A stretch of 46,467 nt of DNA. It comes from a virus. Its lineage: Duplodnaviria; Heunggongvirae; Uroviricota; Caudoviricetes. The DNA lies in IMG/VR virus record IMGVR_UViG_2778261457_000007. The stretch is one strand, 5' to 3'. The translations under genes were made by a program, and so were the position numbers. The notes under the pieces are model-generated. The model saw only the letters and a program-made list of their open reading frames with translations. It was not told the DNA's origin and searched no databases. The stretch's first letter is position 1. Each line of letters begins with the position of its first letter. Positions 35,970 through 42,356 of this stretch are shown one piece after another.

Positions 35970-36303
35970 GAAAAATCCCCCAGAGAATTGTCTGGGGACA
36001 TTTTAGAATGGTTCAAAGGGGACATTACAGCTTGGTGTTAACAATAGCCTGCTTCTCCGTGCCTTTCGGCACGTAAGAGGCTAACCTACATGTGTCTAGC
36101 ATGAAATTGGCCTCAGATTAATGTTAAGCGTCTTGCAGGACGCGTAATGTTAACTGGGGCTTTTCTCTATCTGCCGTTGGTGTCCATGCCCGAGGCAGAT
36201 AGCCTCAAGCACCCGCAGTCATTCTACTTAACTAAGATTTCCCCGCAAACCGTTTTTGTCCAGCACAGTAAATATCCAACTAAACCAATGGAGTTCGCTG
36301 TAT

Positions 36304-36483
36304 TTACCGCCAGTATTCAATGCACATGACCGCCATGAACACCCCTAAAAAAAGGGCATTTATATATCCAAATATTAATATCAAAACATCAACTTTTTCC
36401 ATATACCTTGCTGTGAAGATGATGGGCATACATGATGCGAACAACCAGAACGCAACAAACAAAAACTGCAATGCGTTTTTCAT
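36304..36483 (-). CDS. candidate small two-TM membrane protein (59 aa)
   Basis: AGGAGG 5 nt upstream of the ATG at 36483; MKNALQFLFVAFWLFASCMPIIFTARYMEKVDVLILIFGYINALFLGVFMAVMCIEYWR. Confidence 0.4.
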   Translation of the reverse strand: MKNALQFLFVAFWLFASCMPIIFTARYMEKVDVLILIFGYINALFLGVFMAVMCIEYWR

Positions 36484-37634
36484 TATTCCTCCTACAATCA
36501 ATGTGCAATTACATTTAAACACACCTCAATTTGGCCGGACATATAAATATCTAAACCAGAAAAAATCACTTACATAGCGTTACAAACTCTTTAGTCTAAA
36601 GGTTCATCGTAAAACATTCCCCATACTTATCAGTCCGTTCCGCGCCAGGTAGCTCATTGCCTTATCTGGCAACCTGTAATCAGGTTTCCGCTTTTTCAGT
36701 TGGCTGGTCGTTTAACCGACATAGTTAATCCATTAATCTAGTTGCCGGATGTTGGTGGATTTTCGCGTTTTAGTTGTTCATAAAAGTGCACAGCTTTAAC
36801 CAGTTCTTCTGATGTAACCGGGACTGGTGAGGCAGTGAATAAGGCCTGAATTTGATAGTTCGGCCTGTCGTTACAATCCTCTTTTTTCGGTACATATTTC
36901 CAGTCACCAGACCACTACTTCCCCTGAAAGTCCGTAACGCTTTTTTCACGTAGCGATATCGCCATGCCACTGGTTTTGCTTGCCCCGCCGTTTCATGCCC
37001 TTCCTGATAATTAATCTCGCTCATTCATCGCCCCACTCATCACAATATGCTTCGACCGGAGTTTTTCCCGCTTCATAGTCATCACGTTAGGATTCGACAT
37101 CAGCAGCACTTCCACCGCGTAATTCACCATAGTCCATTAATAGTTCATCCCGCTCTTCAAAACTGATGTTATATTTAGCTGAACAAAAATCAGCCACTTT
37201 GTTCTTCCTCATCGTCTTTTATTTCGTGGTATGAGTAATTGCAGTAGTTAAAGAAAATTTCTTATGCTCCGTCATGAATTTCATCAGGTGTTGCGTCATC
37301 GTCCACTTCGAATACATCCTCAAAATCTCCACCAGCTATTTCCGTTTCAATAATAATTTTGAACTTTCGCATTTCACTACCGCCCTTTCGGGCGGCCTCC
37401 TGATGTTCTGAGGGTGCAGAAATCCATCCGGTTAAGGATTAAGTTTTATTTACAGAACTGAATTTAATTATTCAGATATACGTATCTGTAACCTTACGAA
37501 TCTACTCACTGGATGCCTCTTTCATAAAAATAATCCAGTGGGTTTTATCGTTTTTTCCCTGTTCGTTGACAGATAACAGGCTTTCTATCTGTCAGTGCCA
37601 GAATCTGGCTTACCGGTATTTGCGTTTCATTCCA

Positions 37635-37991
37635 TTAAAAAATCAGAACGCCGTGCGGCCTCAACACCCGAAAAGCTTCTTTAAATCTCTGTCGCAAATC
37701 ATCACGCCAGGCATCTTTATTCAGCCGTCCATATTTCTTTCCCATCCAGGCGTTATCACCAACACGCTCAAGATGCGGAGGGTCTAATACAACCATCGAA
37801 AAAGATGCGTCTGCAAATGATAATGCACGAAAATCTGCGATAATGTCAGGGCTGATAATCAAGCGTCTCCCATTGCGTAATGTGTATCCTTCTTTTCTGA
37901 TATCGCTGAATATCGCCCGTTTGTCAGACTTATCGAACCAGAACATGCGGCTGCCACAGCACATATCAAGAATGGTTGCCGGTGCACTCAC
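37635..37991 (-). CDS. small DNA/RNA amino-methyltransferase-like protein, possibly truncated
   Basis: 118 aa with motif-I-like ILDMCCGSRMF and motif-IV DPPH about 55 residues later, then stop; GTG start overlaps the upstream stop (GTGA). Confidence 0.5.
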   Translation of the reverse strand: MSAPATILDMCCGSRMFWFDKSDKRAIFSDIRKEGYTLRNGRRLIISPDIIADFRALSFADASFSMVVLDPPHLERVGDNAWMGKKYGRLNKDAWRDDLRQRFKEAFRVLRPHGVLIF

Positions 37992-38410
37992 TGCGCCACG
38001 TCCTGAAAATTACCCTGATAGAAAGCCAGTATGCGCTGCATAACTTCGCTCTTCCGGCACTCGCGACAGATTATGTTTAGGCGACTGTCGTAGCGACGTA
38101 TTTCTCCGTCAGGTGATGACCAGATAAGGTCCGGATCAACCATAGCAGGTTTCTTCACCTTTGCCCTCGAGAGTTTTTTGCGGGCGTTTTGCCAGTCCTT
38201 ACGCGCCTGTTCAGAGGGGAATAACCCGTAGCCGGAGTTGTATACATCGCCACTGGCTACCAGCTCTCTGGCAAGAACGCTCATCAGATATCTAGTCGCA
38301 CCTGTTTTAGCTTCCAGTTGCCGTAACGTCTCACGGCCGCTCTGGCGCACGAGTTCCACCACCTGCCATTTAATTTTTTCCCGCTCTTCTTGTGTAAAAA
38401 CTTTTGCCAC
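37988..38410 (-). CDS. hypothetical protein (140 aa), translationally coupled to the methyltransferase-like gene
   Basis: MAKVFTQEEREKIKWQVVELVRQSGRETLRQLEAKTGATRYLMSVLARELV...; Cys pair ICRECRK; unknown function. Confidence 0.45.
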   Translation of the reverse strand: MAKVFTQEEREKIKWQVVELVRQSGRETLRQLEAKTGATRYLMSVLARELVASGDVYNSGYGLFPSEQARKDWQNARKKLSRAKVKKPAMVDPDLIWSSPDGEIRRYDSRLNIICRECRKSEVMQRILAFYQGNFQDVAQ

Positions 38411-38450
38411 AAGTCCCCCTTAAAATTACCTCATGACCTGAAATCAACAC

Positions 38451-39416
38451 TTATCCTCTGAAACCAGGCGGAATTTCTGTATCCGGTTCAGAAATATGAT
38501 TAACACAACGCTGTACAGGTGAACGTCCCAGGCGGATGACCAGTTCGTCCCATTTTTCGCGGAGCTTTGACGGGCTCATGATGTTTTTTACCCAGAATGG
38601 ATCTCGCTGAACCCGACCAAACATTTCGCAAATTTGTCTGTGGCTTCTGCCATCCAGCATCCGCATTGTGCGCACGTCATTGGCCCAGGCAGTCCAGTTA
38701 GGCTCTTTTGGTCGCATGATCTCGCCATCATCACTGGCTGCCTGTTCGTAGAGACCCACGATCCGCCCCCAGATCCACTGCGCACACGCCAAATCCTCCC
38801 TGCTACCCCACTGGCGTTTTTTCGCACTAAACACAACCGCGTCGGAGTTCCGGGTTAAAGAATCCTGTTCAGTCGTCTGCGGGTCCGGTTGCGAAGCTTC
38901 CGGACGAAAAGTGTTTTTATTCTCTGTAGTAATCTCTGTTGTATTCTCTGTAAGATCATCAGGCCATTTTGACCCGATGACATTGGGTCGTTTTGAACCA
39001 ATGGAGCGTTTCATTTTGACCTCTTCCATCGTGTCATTTTGACCTGATGGAGCGGCGCATTTTGAACCGATGGATTCGCTCAATTTGCCACCATCTAAAA
39101 GCTCGCTCCCATAGTTGATCGTGTAGAAATTGGTCATATCGCGCTTTGATTTATTGAGCTTTTCACAACGCAAAAGCCCCAGCGTTTTCAGACTTGCAAA
39201 CGCGCGCTTTAACGTTGACTCTGACCAGAATGGGAACTGTTCCAGCCATTGTTCCGTTGTGTTATAAATCCAGCGAACACCATCACATTCCATGCCGGAG
39301 TTGGTATCTCTCAACCAGTAGTGCAGTTGTTGCAAAACAATGGCTTCGTTTAAGCCAATTTTCATTGCCAGCTGCGTGTTTATAACCAGTGGGCGTTCAG
39401 CAAAAAGAAGGCTCAT
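38451..39416 (-). CDS. phage replication initiator (O-analog, N-terminal winged-helix-like domain)
   Basis: MSLLFAERPLVINTQLAMKIGLNEAIVLQQLHYWL...; contains the iteron array in its coding sequence; ORF track starts at an upstream TTG (39470). Confidence 0.65.
   Translation of the reverse strand: MSLLFAERPLVINTQLAMKIGLNEAIVLQQLHYWLRDTNSGMECDGVRWIYNTTEQWLEQFPFWSESTLKRAFASLKTLGLLRCEKLNKSKRDMTNFYTINYGSELLDGGKLSESIGSKCAAPSGQNDTMEEVKMKRSIGSKRPNVIGSKWPDDLTENTTEITTENKNTFRPEASQPDPQTTEQDSLTRNSDAVVFSAKKRQWGSREDLACAQWIWGRIVGLYEQAASDDGEIMRPKEPNWTAWANDVRTMRMLDGRSHRQICEMFGRVQRDPFWVKNIMSPSKLREKWDELVIRLGRSPVQRCVNHISEPDTEIPPGFRG
38965..39080. repeat. iteron array, five direct repeats at about 23-bp spacing (candidate replication origin)
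   Basis: CATTTTGACC / TTTTGAACC cores at 38967, 38991, 39014, 39037 and 39060; adjacent TCTCTGT-repeat A/T-rich tract at 38910-38950. Confidence 0.6.
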
Positions 39417-39918
39417 AATTCCATCCAGCTTTTTGTTGGTATTGCTGTCGATACGCAAGCTTGAAAGCAATTGCTTTTTCTATAAGTTCGTCAGTTTCAC
39501 GATCCACTACGGCAGGATCAGCAAAAAGCAGTCCGGACTCCACCACATCGCCATATTCTTTGTTTAACCCGGCGATCATGCACGTGATGCTTTTTCCGTC
39601 AGTAATTTCACGATACAACCTGAAATCACTAATCCGGATAGCCTCCATAATCGCAGGCACTAGCGCCGTGAACTTTTCACGCTTATCCCTGGTGTCGATA
39701 GCCTTCCAGCGTTCGAATATCTTCACTCGATTAACACCAAGCGCTCGCTGATCAACCGCGCCACCTTCATCTGTGACACGCTGAACATCGATGTTCGGGC
39801 GCTCTTTCAAAGCCCAGAATGCTTCAGTGATTAATATCGTCGCCTGCTCCTGTGTCATTCCTGGTCGACATATCCAGGCATCCAGAGCCTCACGAGCCTG
39901 TTCAGGAGTGATTTTCAT
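39397..39918 (-). CDS. hypothetical protein (173 aa) between dicC and the replication gene
   Basis: MKITPEQAREALDAWICRPGMTQEQATILITEAFWALKERP...; overlaps both neighbours by short stretches. Confidence 0.45.
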   Translation of the reverse strand: MKITPEQAREALDAWICRPGMTQEQATILITEAFWALKERPNIDVQRVTDEGGAVDQRALGVNRVKIFERWKAIDTRDKREKFTALVPAIMEAIRISDFRLYREITDGKSITCMIAGLNKEYGDVVESGLLFADPAVVDRETDELIEKAIAFKLAYRQQYQQKAGWNYEPSFC

Positions 39919-40129
39919 TGTTCAACCGCCCCGCCCGCTTCGTCTTACGATATTCATCATAAACTTTGGGATCATACTGAAGCTCCCCGCCAGATGCCTC
40001 CTGTAGACGCATCGCGCGACCTTCAGGAACCAGTATCCCCCAAGCAGCAACACTTGCCAGCCTCACTCCTGCGGCATTGGCAAGCTTTGTTTTGCTGCCA
40101 AAAAAAGTAATTGCGTCAACTTTAAGCAT
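39902..40129 (-). CDS. dicC: Cro-like regulator DicC
   Basis: MLKVDAITFFGSKTKLANAAGVRLASVAAWGILVPEGRAMRLQEASGGELQYDPKVY...; ATG at 40129 preceded by GAGGGGGG; divergent from dicA. Confidence 0.8.
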   Translation of the reverse strand: MLKVDAITFFGSKTKLANAAGVRLASVAAWGILVPEGRAMRLQEASGGELQYDPKVYDEYRKTKRAGRLNNENHS

Positions 40130-40142
40130 CAAAGCCCCCCTC

Positions 40143-40162
40143 TTGTTAGACTTTTCTAACAT
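40143..40162. promoter_or_regulatory. operator palindrome in the dicC-dicA divergent promoter region
   Basis: TTGTTAGA-CTTT-TCTAACA inverted repeat read directly. Confidence 0.6.
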
Positions 40163-40210
40163 TATTGTGCGCGGGATACCTAAGTCAAGAAAAATTAGAA
40201 TTACCTAACT

Positions 40211-40618
40211 ATGGATACAAGAACCCTGGGCCAGCGAGTTCTGGCGCGACGAAAAGAATTACGCTTAACACAACGAGAAGCCGCGCGCCTCGCTGGAGTT
40301 GCTCACGTCACAATTTCACAATGGGAAAGAGACGAAACCCAGCCAGTCGGAAAACGATTGTTTGCTTTAGCGGATGCTCTGAAGTGCTCACCTACATGGC
40401 TAATGTTTGGTGACGAAGACAAGGCACCAGTGCCTGCACAAGAACTTCATGTGGAAACAGAGCTAACTCCCAACCACAAAGAATTGATCGAATTATTCGA
40501 TGCTCTTCCATCTTCCGAGCAGGAAGCCTTGCTGTCTGAAATGCGCGCAAGAGTAGAAAACTTCAACAAACTCTTCGAAGAAATGCTTAAAGCGCGTAAA
40601 AATAAATCAATAAAATAA
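40211..40618 (+). CDS. dicA: XRE-family repressor DicA
   Basis: 135 aa with HTH (LTQREAARLAGVAHVTISQWERDETQP) and conserved C-terminus EMRARVENFNKLFEEMLKARK; DicA-like by recall. Confidence 0.85.
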   Translation: MDTRTLGQRVLARRKELRLTQREAARLAGVAHVTISQWERDETQPVGKRLFALADALKCSPTWLMFGDEDKAPVPAQELHVETELTPNHKELIELFDALPSSEQEALLSEMRARVENFNKLFEEMLKARKNKSIK

Positions 40619-40653
40619 CATTCTTTTCAAGTGATTAGTTGCGCCCACCCTTT

Positions 40654-40708
40654 TTGTTAGATCAATCTAACAAAAAACACTTGCCTCTCATGTTAGGTTA
40701 TTCTAAAT
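40654..40708. promoter_or_regulatory. second operator cluster downstream of dicA, upstream of ydfA
   Basis: TTGTTAGA-TCAA-TCTAACAA at 40654-40673 plus a degenerate copy TGTTAGG-TTAT-TCTAAAT at 40691-40708. Confidence 0.55.
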
Positions 40709-40786
40709 TATTTTCCATCAAGACACCGCACGGTGTTCTCAGCAAACAGTTCCGCTACCCCGGCGTTAAGGGGAAATGAGGTCAGC

Positions 40787-40942
40787 ATGGATACTATCGA
40801 TCTTGGCAACAGCGAATCTCTGGTATGTGGCGTGTTCCCCAACCAGGACGGTACGTTCACCGCGATGACGTATACCAAAAGCAAAACGTTTAAAACCGAA
40901 AATGGTGCCCGTCGCTGGCTGGAAAGAAACCCAGGTGAGTGA
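40787..40942 (+). CDS. ydfA: YdfA (DUF1391) small protein
   Basis: MDTIDLGNSESLVCGVFPNQDGTFTAMTYTKSKTFKTENGARRWLERNPGE (51 aa). Confidence 0.75.
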   Translation: MDTIDLGNSESLVCGVFPNQDGTFTAMTYTKSKTFKTENGARRWLERNPGE

Positions 40943-40943
40943 T

Positions 40944-41072
40944 ATGGATTTCGACACAATCATGGAAAAGGCTTACGAAGAATACTTCGAAGGTCTTGCC
41001 GACGGCGAAGAAGCTCTCAGCTTCAACGAATTTAAACAGGCGCTTTCCAGTTCGGCAAAATCTAACGGCTGA
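40944..41072 (+). CDS. ydfB: YdfB small protein
   Basis: 42-aa ORF MDFDTIMEKAYEEYFEGLADGEEALSFNEFKQALSSSAKSNG, starting 2 nt after the ydfA stop. Confidence 0.65.
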   Translation: MDFDTIMEKAYEEYFEGLADGEEALSFNEFKQALSSSAKSNG

Positions 41073-41101
41073 TAAGCGAAACAGCACCGCGAGGAATCAG
41101 T

Positions 41102-41320
41102 ATGCAGAAACGAGAACCCGTCATCATCGCGCCAGACTATACCGATGATGAACTTTATGAGTGGATGCGCCAGAAAATTAATGCAGCGCAGGATTTGAAA
41201 TGGGCCAATGAAACCAGGGCTAAGCAGGCTGAAAATCTGTCCGCTCTGGAGCAGGATATCACCAATCTGGAAAAAGCAGCGGCATTAAGCATTGCCAGAA
41301 TGATTACATACCCGCGTTAG
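41102..41320 (+). CDS. ydfC: YdfC small protein
   Basis: 72 aa MQKREPVIIAPDYTDDELYEWMRQKINAAQDLKWANETRAKQAENLSALEQ... Confidence 0.75.
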   Translation: MQKREPVIIAPDYTDDELYEWMRQKINAAQDLKWANETRAKQAENLSALEQDITNLEKAAALSIARMITYPR

Positions 41321-41660
41321 TAGCTAATCAACAAAGCTAAGGTTAGTAATTAAGGAGTTCTCCACGGGTGAGGTGGAGTGCGTGCGCCGGACACGGGTGA
41401 GCATCCGGCACTGACAGTTTACTGAAAGGATATTTCCCTGAAAAGTCAGACCATAACGCGAAAGCGCACGGCGAGGTAGCTGGTTCATAGATAGCCTGTC
41501 GTTAAATTTTCGTCGACCGTGCGCTTCCGGTTGTGGCAACCCGCGAAATGGCGCGGCGGTAAGTATGGCGGGGTTATTCCTTCCCCGTTGAGGACACCGG
41601 GTTGTCAGGTTGACCATACGCTTAAGTGACAACCCCGCTGCAACGCCCTCTGTTATCAAT

Positions 41661-41713
41661 TTTCTGGTGACGTTTGGCGGTATTAGTTTTACTCCGTGAC
41701 TGCTCTGCCGCCC
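41661..41713 (+). ncRNA. dicF: DicF small regulatory RNA
   Basis: TTTCTGGTGACGTTTGGCGGTATTAGTTTTACTCCGTGACTGCTCTGCCGCCC followed by TTTTT; matches DicF from memory apart from one position. Confidence 0.85.
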
Positions 41714-41887
41714 TTTTTAAAGTGAATTTTGTGATGTGGTGAATGCGGCTGAGCGCACGCGGAACAGTTAAAACCAAAAACAGTGTTATGGGTGGATTCT
41801 CTGTATCCGGCGTTAATTGTTAACTGGTTAACGTCACCTGGAGGCACCAGGCACTGCATCACAAAATTCATTGTTGAGGACGCGATA

Positions 41888-42076
41888 ATGAAAACGTTAT
41901 TACCAAACGTTAATACGTCTGAAGGTTGTTTTGAAATTGGTGTCACTATCAGTAACCCAGTATTTACTGAAGATGCCATTAACAAGAGAAAACAAGAACG
42001 GGAGCTATTAAATAAAATATGCATTGTTTCAATGCTGGCTCGTTTACGTCTGATGCCAAAAGGATGTGCACAATGA
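41888..42076 (+). CDS. dicB: cell-division inhibitor DicB
   Basis: MKTLLPNVNTSEGCFEIGVTISNPVFTEDAINKRKQERELLNKICIVSMLARLRLMPKGCAQ (62 aa); GAGGA upstream of the ATG. Confidence 0.85.
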   Translation: MKTLLPNVNTSEGCFEIGVTISNPVFTEDAINKRKQERELLNKICIVSMLARLRLMPKGCAQ

Positions 42077-42264
42077 ATTCAGCATTTGTGCTTGTTCTGA
42101 CAGTTTTTCTTGTTTCCGGAGAGCCAGTTGATATTGCAGTCAGTGTGCACAGGACAATGCAGGAGTGTATGACTGCAGCAACCGAACAGAAAATTCCCGG
42201 TAACTGTTACCCGGTCGATAAAGTTATTCACCAGGATAATATCGAAATCCCGGCAGGTCTTTAA
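42073..42264 (+). CDS. ydfD: YdfD small membrane protein
   Basis: MNSAFVLVLTVFLVSGEPVDIAVSVHRTMQECMTAATEQKIPGNCYPVDKVIHQDNIEIPAGL (63 aa); ATGA overlap with the dicB stop. Confidence 0.8.
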   Translation: MNSAFVLVLTVFLVSGEPVDIAVSVHRTMQECMTAATEQKIPGNCYPVDKVIHQDNIEIPAGL

Positions 42265-42356
42265 AACAGTTCCGTAATAAATATCCGGTTTCATTCTTAT
42301 ATGCCAGCAATGGCAGGGATTTGTTCATCCTTAAATCTGTCATGAGGTTAAAACAA

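Noticed and set aside
36770-37372. Short minus-strand ORFs of 35, 41 and 84 codons
   Set aside because: Weak or absent ribosome binding sites and interrupted frames; kept as a region-level finding rather than called as genes.
38965-39080. Direct repeats considered as a possible CRISPR array
   Set aside because: Repeats are imperfect, spaced about 23 bp with no unique spacers of CRISPR size, and sit inside a replication initiator gene; they fit iterons, not CRISPR.
41324-41659. 111-aa minus-strand ORF upstream of dicF
   Set aside because: Lies antisense in the structured dicF precursor region with no ribosome binding site; more likely non-coding RNA leader than a gene.
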